This document shows, one piece after another, positions 1 through 9,480 of a stretch of 64,000 nucleotides of DNA. Source of the stretch: Anaerolineaceae bacterium. GTDB taxonomy: Bacteria > Chloroflexota > Anaerolineae > Aggregatilineales > Phototrophicaceae. The stretch covers positions 419,750-483,749 of the forward strand of contig PABP01000009.1 in assembly GCA_002699585.1 (NCBI GenBank), in the 5' to 3' direction. Both the position numbers and the translations under genes were made by a program. Each line of letters begins with the position of its first letter. The first letter of the stretch is position 1. A model generated the notes under the pieces. The model did no database searches. It was not told where the DNA came from and saw nothing but the letters and a program-made list of their open reading frames with translations.

Positions 1-540
1 ATGCGGCATGTCCAGTTCCAGGTTTTGACGCACAATATCAAAGATGCTGGCATAGCTGTGGGGGAGTCGCTCTGCCTCACTCAATTTGAGCTTCTTAACC
101 GTTGCTTCAATCGTGGTGACGTCGCCTTCAATTTCGGTGAAGTTGCCATAGGGCAGTTCATCCAGCACGATTTCCGCGCCGTCGAGTTCATAGGTGGTGC
201 GGTATTTTTCGTAGGCCATGAACGGAAAATAGCCCAGGCGGTCCAGAATAAGGTCCATCATATCGTAATCATCGACCTCAACCTCGAATTCTTCGCGGCT
301 GATGATGCCATTTTCAACGACACCTGGCCCTTTGTACGTCAATAATGTGCGCACATCCTGGCGTAGCCGCACGACAATACCCTGCGGTGTCAGCCCATGT
401 TCATGATCTTCGTAGCGAACGTTGCGTTCAAACACGCGCTCAGATACGAGCTTTGCGCCATTGGCTTCTAGTACCTCGACGATGGATTTGAGATTGGGCG
501 TGTGCAGTTTGACTTCGGTCTCTTGTTTGCTTGTTGTCAT
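1..540 (-). CDS. CYTH-domain protein (class IV adenylyl cyclase / triphosphatase-like), truncated by window start; N-terminus MTTSKQETEVKL carries the ExExK CYTH signature
   Basis: Reverse-strand translation from ATG (complement of 538-540) is open to position 1. The ExExK motif and acidic C-terminal pattern are typical of CYTH. The listed + strand ORF 1..345 is antisense to it. Confidence 0.5.
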   Translation of the reverse strand, partial: MTTSKQETEVKLHTPNLKSIVEVLEANGAKLVSERVFERNVRYEDHEHGLTPQGIVVRLRQDVRTLLTYKGPGVVENGIISREEFEVEVDDYDMMDLILDRLGYFPFMAYEKYRTTYELDGAEIVLDELPYGNFTEIEGDVTTIEATVKKLKLSEAERLPHSYASIFDIVRQNLELDMPH

Positions 541-583
541 CGGTTATGTACTCGCTACAGTAAATTTGACAGTAAAGGGTCCG

Positions 584-1093
584 CTATTTCTTGATTCGCT
601 TGATGGCTTCCGGCAGATAGGCATCAATGGCGTTGACCAGGGCGCTGTATGGCATCGGAGGTGTGACAGGCGTCATGATGACACTGTGGACGTATTGTGC
701 TGCGCCGCGCTCCAACTGCCATAGCAAGTTGACATGCGGCGACATATCGCGCTGGTGATACAAGCCATCAAAGTGTACACGATGCAATACGTCACAGAAA
801 TGCTCATATCGGTCATCTGCAACCGAATAATGTAAAGGTTTCTGCTCAAACAAGCCCTCGTACAGACAATCCAGTGTGGTCTGTTGGGCGCTGTGGATGA
901 GCGTGGCGATACTGTTATGGGCGCTACCATCGCCGTAATAGCAGATAATGCGGTGTACGCTGTGCATACCGGGCTGCCGCAGCAGCGTCCGCAGGGATGA
1001 CTGTCCGGTGCGTTCTTGCACCCCATACATGGCCGCTTCCAGTCGCTCAATGCTGACCGGGCTGCGGTCTTTGCCTCGGTCAGTGCTCATCAA
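584..1093 (-). CDS. hypothetical protein (169 aa)
   Basis: Complete ORF overlapping the ADH stop by 4 nt. No motif recognised. Confidence 0.4.
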   Translation of the reverse strand: MMSTDRGKDRSPVSIERLEAAMYGVQERTGQSSLRTLLRQPGMHSVHRIICYYGDGSAHNSIATLIHSAQQTTLDCLYEGLFEQKPLHYSVADDRYEHFCDVLHRVHFDGLYHQRDMSPHVNLLWQLERGAAQYVHSVIMTPVTPPMPYSALVNAIDAYLPEAIKRIKK

Positions 1094-2124
1094 GCATCAA
1101 TCGTCAGCACAACTTTGCCATCCACCGCGTTGTCCTCCAACAGGGCCTGGGCCTGCCGTGCTTCCTGCAATGGGAACGTCTCACCGATGACCGCCTTTAG
1201 GCGGCCTGCGTACAGCAAATCCATCACCTGGGCATAGTCCCGATGCGTGCCCATCGTGCTGCCGATCAGGCTGATGTGCTTGGCGAACAACTGCGCCACG
1301 TTGATCTCGACCTTGTAGCCCGTTGTGCCGCCGACGATCAGCACGCGTCCGCCGATTTTGGTGCTGCGAATGCTATCGTTGAGCGTGGCCGCGCCGACAT
1401 TATCGACCACCACATCAACGCCAGCTTTGTCGGTCAGCTTATAAAGCTCACGCGACCACTCTGGCGTTTCTTCCCGGTTGATAGTGATATCTGCGCCCAG
1501 GTCTTTGGCGATCTGGCATTTTTCCGCGTTGCTGCCGACGGCATATACAGTCGCCCCGGCCAGCTTGGCGATTTGGATGCTCATGCTGTTGACGCCACCC
1601 GCAGAGCCGACCACCAGCACGCTTTCGCCAGCCTGCAACCCGCCGCGTGTGATCAGCGAGTGCCACGCTGTCACGCCCACTAGCCCGCTTGCCGCTACAT
1701 CCTCAAACGGGAATCCATCTGGGATACGGTACAGATTACCAGCAGGGACAATCGCGTATTCACGGGCGCTGCCGGGGTAATCCTCACCCAAAATGCCGAC
1801 CTGCTTGCCCTGGTTTTCGTAACGGCCTTCTGGTTGTGCCGCGGCATAAATCGTCGGGTTGATGCCGACTGCATCGCCGACTTGCCACTCGGTTACATCT
1901 GGCCCGACTGCATCAACGATACCCGCGCCATCACTGCCTATCGGGTGCGGGAAGTCGAGTTCCAGGCCTTTCCAGCCGCGCCGCACGAACAAATCCAGCC
2001 GATTAAGCGCCGCTGCTTTCATACGGACACGGGCTTCACCGAATCCCGGTTCCGGTATTGGTAAATCTTCAACATATTGAATGACATCCAGGTCGCCGTG
2101 TGCGCTGAGGACGGCTGCTCTCAT
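1090..2124 (-). CDS. zinc-type alcohol dehydrogenase / quinone oxidoreductase (MDR superfamily)
   Basis: 344 aa with GroES-like N-terminus and Rossmann motif VVGSAGGVNSMSIQIAKLAGA, typical of MDR/Qor. Confidence 0.85.
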   Translation of the reverse strand: MRAAVLSAHGDLDVIQYVEDLPIPEPGFGEARVRMKAAALNRLDLFVRRGWKGLELDFPHPIGSDGAGIVDAVGPDVTEWQVGDAVGINPTIYAAAQPEGRYENQGKQVGILGEDYPGSAREYAIVPAGNLYRIPDGFPFEDVAASGLVGVTAWHSLITRGGLQAGESVLVVGSAGGVNSMSIQIAKLAGATVYAVGSNAEKCQIAKDLGADITINREETPEWSRELYKLTDKAGVDVVVDNVGAATLNDSIRSTKIGGRVLIVGGTTGYKVEINVAQLFAKHISLIGSTMGTHRDYAQVMDLLYAGRLKAVIGETFPLQEARQAQALLEDNAVDGKVVLTIDA

Positions 2125-2230
2125 AGGGGGAACTCCAATGCGTGGTGGTGGTCAGTGCTTTCTATATCTCATCGCATACATATTGCCATCTGCTAGGCAT
2201 GTTCACTATTATAGCATTACTTACTTGGCA

Positions 2231-2824
2231 ATGGATGGAGCCGGATTGATCCAACTTCTGGCCCAGGGAGCAGACATGGAGCAATGGAAGACGCTTTCTC
2301 GTAAAGAGGTTTTGCAATATGGTCGATTTCTGACGGTCGAGGAGCATGTTGTCGAGCTGCCTGATGGCACGCGCATTGAGGATTGGACGTGGGTAGATAC
2401 GCCGGATTTTATCAATGCGATTGTGATCGATGAAGCCGGACTGTTCCTCATGTTTCGGCAGGTGAAATACGCTGTTGATGGCACCACACTGGCTCCTGTT
2501 GGCGGCTACATCGAACCTGGGGAAGATCCGCTGGTGGCCGCCAAACGCGAAGTGCTGGAAGAAATCGGCTACGAAGCCGACCACTGGGTTTCGCTGGGAT
2601 CGTATGTATGTGATGCCAATCGCGGCGCAGGAACAGGCTATCTCTACCTGGCGACGGGCGCGCGTTATGTCGCTGAACCCAACAGTGATGATCTTGAAGA
2701 ACAGGAATTGCTGCATCTAACCAAAGACGAGGTGCGTCGGCAGTTGCTAAAGGGTGCATTCAAAGTCATGCCCTGGTCGGCAGCGGTGGCGATGGCTCTG
2801 CTTTACCTCGATACAGCAGAATAG
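2231..2824 (+). CDS. NUDIX hydrolase (ADP-ribose pyrophosphatase-like)
   Basis: Nudix box GGYIEPGEDPLVAAKREVLEEIGYEA. The ORF runs from 2081, but that N-terminal extension overlaps the convergent ADH, so a start at M51 (2231) is more likely. Confidence 0.8.
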   Translation: MDGAGLIQLLAQGADMEQWKTLSRKEVLQYGRFLTVEEHVVELPDGTRIEDWTWVDTPDFINAIVIDEAGLFLMFRQVKYAVDGTTLAPVGGYIEPGEDPLVAAKREVLEEIGYEADHWVSLGSYVCDANRGAGTGYLYLATGARYVAEPNSDDLEEQELLHLTKDEVRRQLLKGAFKVMPWSAAVAMALLYLDTAE

Positions 2825-2834
2825 GGAAATTGTG

Positions 2835-3233
2835 ATGAAAATTAATCACCTGGCGGTTGTGGTCCACAGTGTAGACGAGGCTCTTACGTTTTGGCGCGAT
2901 GCCCTTGGTTTGCCCTTTGATGGCGTCGAAGATGTGCCTGACGAAGCCGTAAAAATCGGCTTTCTGGACGTGGATGGTGTGCATATCGAATTGCTGGAGC
3001 CAACCACAGACGACAGCGGCGTGGCCAAGTATCTGGATAAGCGCGGACCAGGGATGCATCACCTGTGCCTGGAAGTCGATGATCTGAATATGGCAATGGC
3101 TGAGTTAGAGGCTAAAGGGGTACAGCTCATTTATGAGATGCCACGCACCCGCGACAATGGCCGCCGCTATACCTTCATACATCCCAAAAGCACGGGCGGT
3201 GTCATGATCGAGTTGTACGAAGCACGCGAATAG
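2835..3233 (+). CDS. methylmalonyl-CoA epimerase / glyoxalase-family (VOC) protein
   Basis: MKINHLAVVV...GPGMHHLCLEVDD...GGVMIELYE matches the VOC/MCE family. Start at M28 of the listed ORF, with a GGGAAA RBS. Confidence 0.75.
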   Translation: MKINHLAVVVHSVDEALTFWRDALGLPFDGVEDVPDEAVKIGFLDVDGVHIELLEPTTDDSGVAKYLDKRGPGMHHLCLEVDDLNMAMAELEAKGVQLIYEMPRTRDNGRRYTFIHPKSTGGVMIELYEARE

Positions 3234-3314
3234 TTGGCTTGTTGTGTCGGGCTTTGCCCTTTATGCTTAATAGAACCTGTCACTCAAAAGTTGTTTTCCA
3301 AAGAGGGGATACTC

Positions 3315-4493
3315 ATGCGTTTTCGCATTTTATTACTGGCTGTCGTGGCCCTGTTCGTTGTGCCCGTCATCAGCGCCCAGACTTGTGAAAGCCTGGTAGC
3401 TGATGCCTTGCAGGCCATTTCCGATAGCTGCGCCACCACCGAGCGCAATCAGGCATGTTATGGCAATAACGAGGTTGATGTGCAGCCGCAGCCGACTGTC
3501 ACTGATCCGGTTGTTTTTGACGCTCCCGGCGACACAACCGCCGTTGATAATATCCAGACGCTGAGTCTGTATCCGCTGGATTTGGACACTCAGAATTGGG
3601 GAATTTCCCTGCTGCGCGTACAGGCCAGTGTGCCGGATACGCTGCCGGGGTCAAACGTGACGTTTTTGCTGTTTGGCGATGCCGAACTGAGCAATCCATC
3701 GGGCACGATGGATGCCGTCTATTTCCGTAGTGGCATTGGCGCGCCGGAATGTGCGGATGCCCCGGATGGCGTGCTCATCCAGACGCCGGAGGGCGTCGGC
3801 GAGGTGTCGTTTACGCTTAACAATGTCCAGATTCAACTGGGGTCAACGGCTTACTTGCAAGCAGAAGCTGAAGATGGCCTGACGTTCAATCTGCTGGAAG
3901 GCGATGCTACTTTGATCGCTGACGACAGTGAACAGATTATCGAAGGCGGGCAATTCGTCACGATTCCGCTGGATGAAAACCTCGATGCCAGCGGCCCGCC
4001 GACCGAACCCGAACCCATCGACTTTGATACGTTGCCCAATTTGCCCATATCGGTCCTGCCCATCGACATCAGCGACCAGTTACCAGACGACGAAAATACC
4101 TCATCCGAGGCGATCATTCCGTTATCTGGCAACTGGATTTACACGCGCGGCGATGTTGAACTCAGCGCCGGATGCCCACCCATGATGGCCAATATGCTCA
4201 GTTCATCCACACCCATTACCGAATCGGCTTTCGTCGATTTTGGTGGCCAACCCTTTGACTTCCAGACCTTCCTGACGGAAAACTCAGAAGGGGGCTTGCC
4301 GCCGGGTGAATTCATTAATGTGGATGCCAATACCTTCCAATGGACCATGAGCGAAGACGGTGGCTCGTTTATCTATGAGTTGGCTGTTATCAGCGAAACG
4401 CGGCTCGAAGGCTATTTCCTGATGGACATCAATGCCGAGGGCGTATCCTGCACCATCCGCATGCCATTTGAAGTCGAGCACGCGGGCGGTTAG
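3315..4493 (+). CDS. secreted hypothetical protein with Cys-containing N-terminal module
   Basis: Signal peptide MRFRILLLAVVALFVVPVISAQ. N-terminal motif AQTCESL...CATTERNQACYGN is shared with the next gene. Confidence 0.6.
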   Translation: MRFRILLLAVVALFVVPVISAQTCESLVADALQAISDSCATTERNQACYGNNEVDVQPQPTVTDPVVFDAPGDTTAVDNIQTLSLYPLDLDTQNWGISLLRVQASVPDTLPGSNVTFLLFGDAELSNPSGTMDAVYFRSGIGAPECADAPDGVLIQTPEGVGEVSFTLNNVQIQLGSTAYLQAEAEDGLTFNLLEGDATLIADDSEQIIEGGQFVTIPLDENLDASGPPTEPEPIDFDTLPNLPISVLPIDISDQLPDDENTSSEAIIPLSGNWIYTRGDVELSAGCPPMMANMLSSSTPITESAFVDFGGQPFDFQTFLTENSEGGLPPGEFINVDANTFQWTMSEDGGSFIYELAVISETRLEGYFLMDINAEGVSCTIRMPFEVEHAGG

Positions 4494-4590
4494 TTCAAGC
4501 GGGTGTTCAAGAACGTGTATATGGATACAAAACGCCTCTGGCCTGTGGTAAGGTAGCGGCGTTTTCTGTTTGATAGATGGAGCGTGTGAC

Positions 4591-5940
4591 GTGCGCATTT
4601 TCGGATTTTTGTTTGCGATTTTACTGCTGGGCGTTGGCGTCATTGCCGCCCAGGAAACAGCTTGTTCACTGACCCAGCAGGCGACTGTTGCCGAGGCGGC
4701 GGGTTGGTGCGCTGACCTGGCCGTTGGCGAGTTGTGCTATGGTGATGCGGGCGTCAACGTGCTCGATAACGAAGGTGAATTGCTAGAGGGTGGTCTTGCT
4801 GGGGATCGCGTTTCGCTGGTGGACATCAGCCAGGTGGAAACGCTCATCCGTGATACCGCTTATGGCCTTGCTTTGCTCCAGGCGCAAACTCTCGGGGCGA
4901 ACAATGCCAGTTCCCAGACGTTGACATTGGCTGTGCTTGGGGCAGCTACCCTGGTCAACGAAGCTCCTGACACGTCTGACTATCTGTATGCAGCCATTGT
5001 TCCCGCCCAGGGGGCCAATATTCGTTCTGGCCCCGGTGAACAGTTCCGTCTGCTGACATCGCGCAGCCAGAACAACACCGTTCTGCTGACAGGTCGTGCG
5101 TCGGATGGCCTGTGGCTGCGGCTGCAATTGGCAGATGGTAGCGCCGGATGGATTGTCGCTGGTGCTGTTCTTGCCGATACCAGTGCCCTGCCAACCGTTA
5201 CCGTCGATGACCCTGCGCCAGCGCTGTACTACGATGATTTCGCTGCTTTTTCGGTATCGGTCGATGAAGAAGCGTCCGCTTGTGAAGATGGTATCCCCTC
5301 CGGTGTGCTGGTACAGGTCGTACAGCCGACGGATAGCACCCGTATCCAGATTGACGACCTCGTCGTCGATTTTGAGGGAACGTTGTTTATCAGCCAAACA
5401 CAGGGCCAGCTTTTCATCAATGCGGTGGATGGCGAGGCGGTTGTAACGACCGTCGATGGCCTTTCAGTGGATATCGCTCCCAGCCAATCGGTGATTGTCC
5501 AGGCTGGCGAGGAAGGCGACGTGTTCACCGATCTGATGTCCTATGATTATGCTGTGCTGTCGCGGTTGCCCATGACCCTGCTGCCGGACATCAGCTTTGT
5601 CGCCCTGGACCTAAGCCAGTTTATTACGCCAGCCCCTCCAGGCGAGGGTAGCGCCATAGCCGATATGCTAGCGACTGATCCCTGCCGCATCACGACCGGC
5701 CCCGGTGGTGCCAATCTGCGCGTTGGTCCTGGCACTGACTATCCGATTCGTGGCGTGATGCAGCAGCGCGAAAGTGCTGATGTCTCAGGTCGCGCAGTCG
5801 GTACGGATGGCGCGACATGGTGGCAAATCGCGCCCTATCTATGGATCAGCGGCAATACGACGGTTACGGGCGGTGAGTGCGTCACTGTGCCGACCGTTCC
5901 AGTGCCGCCGTTGCGCAGTCAACCGGAGTCAGAAGAGTAG
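4591..5940 (+). CDS. secreted protein with paralogous N-terminal module and two SH3b-like domains
   Basis: GTG start (GGAG 10 nt upstream) followed by signal peptide RIFGFLFAILLLGVGVIAAQ. SH3b-like segments GANIRSGPGEQFRLL...GLWLRLQLADGSAGWI and GANLRVGPGTDYPIRG...TWWQIAP. Confidence 0.55.
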   Translation: MRIFGFLFAILLLGVGVIAAQETACSLTQQATVAEAAGWCADLAVGELCYGDAGVNVLDNEGELLEGGLAGDRVSLVDISQVETLIRDTAYGLALLQAQTLGANNASSQTLTLAVLGAATLVNEAPDTSDYLYAAIVPAQGANIRSGPGEQFRLLTSRSQNNTVLLTGRASDGLWLRLQLADGSAGWIVAGAVLADTSALPTVTVDDPAPALYYDDFAAFSVSVDEEASACEDGIPSGVLVQVVQPTDSTRIQIDDLVVDFEGTLFISQTQGQLFINAVDGEAVVTTVDGLSVDIAPSQSVIVQAGEEGDVFTDLMSYDYAVLSRLPMTLLPDISFVALDLSQFITPAPPGEGSAIADMLATDPCRITTGPGGANLRVGPGTDYPIRGVMQQRESADVSGRAVGTDGATWWQIAPYLWISGNTTVTGGECVTVPTVPVPPLRSQPESEE

Positions 5941-6066
5941 CTAATTTTGCCTGTCCCAAGTGTGCTATAAGCACTGGCGGCAATGCCCTATAATAGAATC
6001 CTATTGTAAGATGGTTCGACATCTGCCTATCTTCAAACTATGAACATGTGACGTATTTGAAAAGGA

Positions 6067-6477
6067 ATGGATGCTATGGTGGCATTAGAAGGATATGGAC
6101 TCAAGACAACTGTCGACGCGGACTTCGATACCACAATGGAGCAGGTCGTCGCGGCTTTAAAAGAGCAGGGCTTTGGTGTATTGACCGAGATTGATGTCAA
6201 AGCGACCCTGAAAACCAAGCTCGACGTCGATATGCACCGTTATCAGATTTTGGGGGCTTGCAACCCGCCCCTGGCCCACAAAGCCTTGTCGTCAGACCCG
6301 GCGATTGGCTTGCTGCTACCCTGCAATGTGGTCGTCTATGAAGATGCCGAGGCCGGCAACACGGTCGTGATGGCCATCGACCCCATGACGATGGTCCAGC
6401 TCAGTGATAGCGCTGTGATGTGCGAAGTCGCGGAAGTCGCCCGTGAGAAGCTAGAGAAGGCCCTCGCCACGCTGTAA
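6067..6477 (+). CDS. DUF302-domain protein
   Basis: 136 aa; GFGVLTEIDVKATLKTKL...YQILGACNP...PCNVVVYE pattern typical of DUF302. Confidence 0.7.
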   Translation: MDAMVALEGYGLKTTVDADFDTTMEQVVAALKEQGFGVLTEIDVKATLKTKLDVDMHRYQILGACNPPLAHKALSSDPAIGLLLPCNVVVYEDAEAGNTVVMAIDPMTMVQLSDSAVMCEVAEVAREKLEKALATL

Positions 6478-6515
6478 CCGCCAATACCCACCCATTTGAA
6501 CCCCTTTTGAAGAAA

Positions 6516-6540
6516 GGCACGTCCAGAACGTGTCTTTTTT
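6516..6540 (+). terminator. rho-independent terminator after the DUF302 gene
   Basis: GGCACG-TCCAGAA-CGTGTC stem (one G-U) followed by TTTTTT. Confidence 0.5.
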
Positions 6541-6564
6541 CATGCCGTAAGAATGACATTTCTG

Positions 6565-6593
6565 TTGACGTCATATACCCATAGGGGTATATT
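6565..6593 (+). promoter_or_regulatory. sigma70-like promoter (TTGACG-17-TATATT) overlapped by CsoR-type operator ATACCC-ATAG-GGGTAT
   Basis: Perfect 6-bp inverted arms at 6575-6590 overlapping the -10. Resembles the B. subtilis copZA CsoR operator (TACCC-N-GGGTA core), quoted from memory. Confidence 0.5.
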
Positions 6594-6624
6594 GAAAGCA
6601 TGTTCAATCCAGTCGGGAAAACTC

Positions 6625-6939
6625 ATGGAAATCACTGAAAAATCGACAGGGCATTGTTGTTCCGCAGTTGGCGACCGTTGCGACTATAACAAGCAAACAC
6701 TCAACCGGATTCGGCGACTCAAAGGCCAGTTATCCTCATTAGAAGCGATGATCGAAGCCGACGAAGGCTCGTGCGAGGAGCGGGTTGTCCGTGCGCGGAC
6801 CGTAGAGAAGGGCATGGCCAGCCTGATTCGTCATCTGGTGTCCTGCTATATGGAAAATACGGCGCGTCACGAGATGCAGACCGACCCTGACAAAGTGATT
6901 GACGATATGTCACGCATCATTGAACTGCTCAATAAATAA
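6625..6939 (+). CDS. csoR: CsoR/RcnR-family copper-sensing transcriptional repressor
   Basis: NRIRRLKGQLSSLEAMIEADEGSCEE...HLVSCY carries the Cys/His/Cys ligands of CsoR. Sits directly upstream of copA. Confidence 0.8.
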   Translation: MEITEKSTGHCCSAVGDRCDYNKQTLNRIRRLKGQLSSLEAMIEADEGSCEERVVRARTVEKGMASLIRHLVSCYMENTARHEMQTDPDKVIDDMSRIIELLNK

Positions 6940-6978
6940 GTTCTTCCGCTGTCCACAGCTAAGAAAGAAGGCGTCACT

Positions 6979-9480
6979 ATGACAACGACGCAAATTAATC
7001 TACCCATCACAGGCATGACCTGTGCCATGTGCGAGAAAAATGTCAACCGCGCGTTATCGCGTACCGACGGCGTGGCCGAGGTCCAGCTCAATCTGGCGAC
7101 CGATAAGGCGCTGGTCAACTTTGATAAATCCACGACTGATTTACAGTCGCTCATTAAATCAGTGGAAGCCGCGGGGTATGGTGTGGCGACCGCGTCCATC
7201 GACCTGCCCATCACGGGCATGACCTGCGCCATGTGCGAGAAAAATGTCTCGCGTGCGCTCAATAAGCCCGATGGCGTCATTGACGTGCAGGTCAACCTCG
7301 CGACAGAACGTGCCCATGTCACCTATGTTCCCGGCGTGGTTCGTCGTAGTGACCTGATTAAAGCGGTTGAAGCGGCGGGCTATGGTGTCGTCGATACGGA
7401 AAATGTTGAATTGCCAGAAGATGCCGAAGCTGCTGCCCGTGCTGCTGAAATTGAGCGTCAACGGCGCTTGGTCATCATCGGCGCGATTTTCACCATCCCG
7501 CTGGTGATTCTCAGCATGACGCGTCACTTTATGCACCAGATTCCCATCATCATGCAAACTGTGCCCTGGCTGGCCGACAACGCCTGGCTGTTCATCTTTG
7601 GCGCGATGGCCACCCCGGTCTATGTCATCCTTGGACGCCAGTACATCACCGGCGCGATCAAGTCCGTTCGGAACGGTACGGCTAACATGGACGTGCTGGT
7701 CGCCCTGGGGTCGTCTGCTGCTTATCTGTATGGGCTGGTCGTGTTGCTGGGGATTGTCTTTAGCTTCAGCGATGTTGTCGGCACGGATGACTACTTCGAG
7801 TCCTCGGCGGTGATCCTGACGCTGATTACGCTGGGTAAACTGCTGGAAGCGCGTGCCAAAGGCCACACCAGCGATGCCATCAAGAAGCTGATGGACCTGG
7901 CGCCCAAGAAAGCCATTCTGCTGCGCGATGGCCAGGAGCAGGAAATCGCCGTAGATGATGTCGTTCCCGGTGACCACCTGGTTGTTCGGCCAGGGGCCAA
8001 TGTGCCTGTCGATGCTGTCGTGGTCGAAGGCCGTTCCAGTGTGGATGAAGCCATGCTGACGGGCGAGAGCATGCCGGTCAATAAAACAGTAGGCGCGGAT
8101 GTCATCGGCGGGACGGTCAACAAGCAGGGTCGCCTGATTATCGAAGCCTCGCGTGTTGGCTCGGAGACCGCTCTCGCACAGATTATCCGTTTGGTGGAGC
8201 AGGCCCAGGGGTCGAAGGCACCTATCCAGCGTATCGCGGATCGTGTGTCATCCTACTTTGTGCCAGCCGTGCTCGTCCTGGCCGTGATTACTTTCCTGGG
8301 TTGGTTGCTGATTGGCCAGATTGGCCTGCCGACAGCCACGCTGCACGCTATCGCCGTGCTGGTGATCGCCTGCCCGTGTGCGCTCGGCTTGGCCACCCCG
8401 ACGGCCATCATGGTCGGGATGGGGCGTGGCGCTGAAATGGGCATTCTGTTCCGTAACAGCGAAGCCCTGGAAAATGCCCATCGCCTGAATGCGATTGCCC
8501 TCGACAAAACCGGGACGATCACGCAGGGCCAGCCGCAGGTGACGCAGGTCGTCAGCGAAGGGTTATCCAAAGATGAGCTGCTGCACTTGGCGGCATCGGT
8601 GGAACGTGCCAGTGAGCACCCCTTAGCTGAGGCCATCGTCCAGGCAGCCAAACATCTGACTCTGGCTCAGCCTCAGAAATTTGAGTCGGTCGCAGGCAAC
8701 GGTGTCCAAGCCCTGGTGGAGGATCGCCAGGTTTTGGTCGGCAGCCCGCGTTTCATGCAGGAAAGCCAGATTGACCTGGAGACGCTTGCGAAGACCATCA
8801 CAGGCGTACAGGACCAGGCCCAAACAGCGGTCGTCGTCGCAGTCGATGGCATCGCCCAGGGTGTGATAGGCATCGCCGATACGATCAAAGCCACGTCACG
8901 GCAGGCCATCGCTGATTTGCAGGCGCTCGGTCTGGAAGTGGTCATGCTGACAGGCGACAACGAGAAAACGGCCAAGTCGATTGCGGCCCAGGTGGGCATC
9001 ACCAGCGTCGTCTCGGAAGTGGTACCCGGTGAAAAAGTGCAGGCGGTTCAGCGGTTGCAGACCGATGAACGTCGCGTGGGTATGGTCGGTGATGGCATCA
9101 ACGATGCCCCGGCCCTGGCCCAGGCTGATGTCGGCATCGCCATTGGTACTGGCACCGACATCGCTATTGAAGCCAGCGATGTGACGCTCATGGGTGGCGA
9201 CTTGGCAGGCGTCCCGCGTGCGATTGCCCTCAGCAAGGCGACCATGCGCACCATCTACCAGAATCTGTTCTGGGCGTTTATCTACAACCTCATTCTAGTC
9301 CCGGTAGCGATGTCCGGCAACCTCATCCCGATGTTCGCCGCAGGTGCGATGGCCTTCTCATCAGTCTTCGTTGTGACAAATTCTCTGAGACTGAGAGGTT
9401 CATCGTTACCGCTTGCTCAGGATTCCGCTCCAGATAGTGTTCAATCGTCTCGTGCTGCTTCATCGGCACCTGCGGCTTAG
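6979..9480 (+). CDS. copA: copper-translocating P1B-type ATPase with two N-terminal HMA domains
   Basis: Two [14 protein letters not shown] motifs, TM CPC motif [22 protein letters not shown]. The ORF tail after NSLRLR (about 9405-9480) is encoded antisense to the recombinase gene and is probably not native. Confidence 0.95.
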   Translation: MTTTQINLPITGMTCAMCEKNVNRALSRTDGVAEVQLNLATDKALVNFDKSTTDLQSLIKSVEAAGYGVATASIDLPITGMTCAMCEKNVSRALNKPDGVIDVQVNLATERAHVTYVPGVVRRSDLIKAVEAAGYGVVDTENVELPEDAEAAARAAEIERQRRLVIIGAIFTIPLVILSMTRHFMHQIPIIMQTVPWLADNAWLFIFGAMATPVYVILGRQYITGAIKSVRNGTANMDVLVALGSSAAYLYGLVVLLGIVFSFSDVVGTDDYFESSAVILTLITLGKLLEARAKGHTSDAIKKLMDLAPKKAILLRDGQEQEIAVDDVVPGDHLVVRPGANVPVDAVVVEGRSSVDEAMLTGESMPVNKTVGADVIGGTVNKQGRLIIEASRVGSETALAQIIRLVEQAQGSKAPIQRIADRVSSYFVPAVLVLAVITFLGWLLIGQIGLPTATLHAIAVLVIACPCALGLATPTAIMVGMGRGAEMGILFRNSEALENAHRLNAIALDKTGTITQGQPQVTQVVSEGLSKDELLHLAASVERASEHPLAEAIVQAAKHLTLAQPQKFESVAGNGVQALVEDRQVLVGSPRFMQESQIDLETLAKTITGVQDQAQTAVVVAVDGIAQGVIGIADTIKATSRQAIADLQALGLEVVMLTGDNEKTAKSIAAQVGITSVVSEVVPGEKVQAVQRLQTDERRVGMVGDGINDAPALAQADVGIAIGTGTDIAIEASDVTLMGGDLAGVPRAIALSKATMRTIYQNLFWAFIYNLILVPVAMSGNLIPMFAAGAMAFSSVFVVTNSLRLRGSSLPLAQDSAPDSVQSSRAASSAPAA

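Noticed and set aside
1-345. Listed + strand ORF (114 aa) at the window start
   Set aside because: It is antisense to the CYTH-like ORF, which has a clean ATG, an ExExK signature and stays open to position 1. The + ORF has no recognisable features.
2081-2230. N-terminal 50 codons of the listed NUDIX ORF
   Set aside because: They overlap the convergent ADH gene end and are not NUDIX-like. An internal Met at 2231 with the conserved fold downstream is the more plausible start.
7159-7977. Long antisense ORFs inside copA, the LSR genes, mcrB, hemQ/hemH and other genes (e.g. 7159-7977, 13989-14684, 22569-23093, 24069-24602, 40849-41478, 59787-60710)
   Set aside because: Each lies fully within a high-confidence gene on the opposite strand. 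High-GC DNA produces such open frames by chance, and none has motifs.
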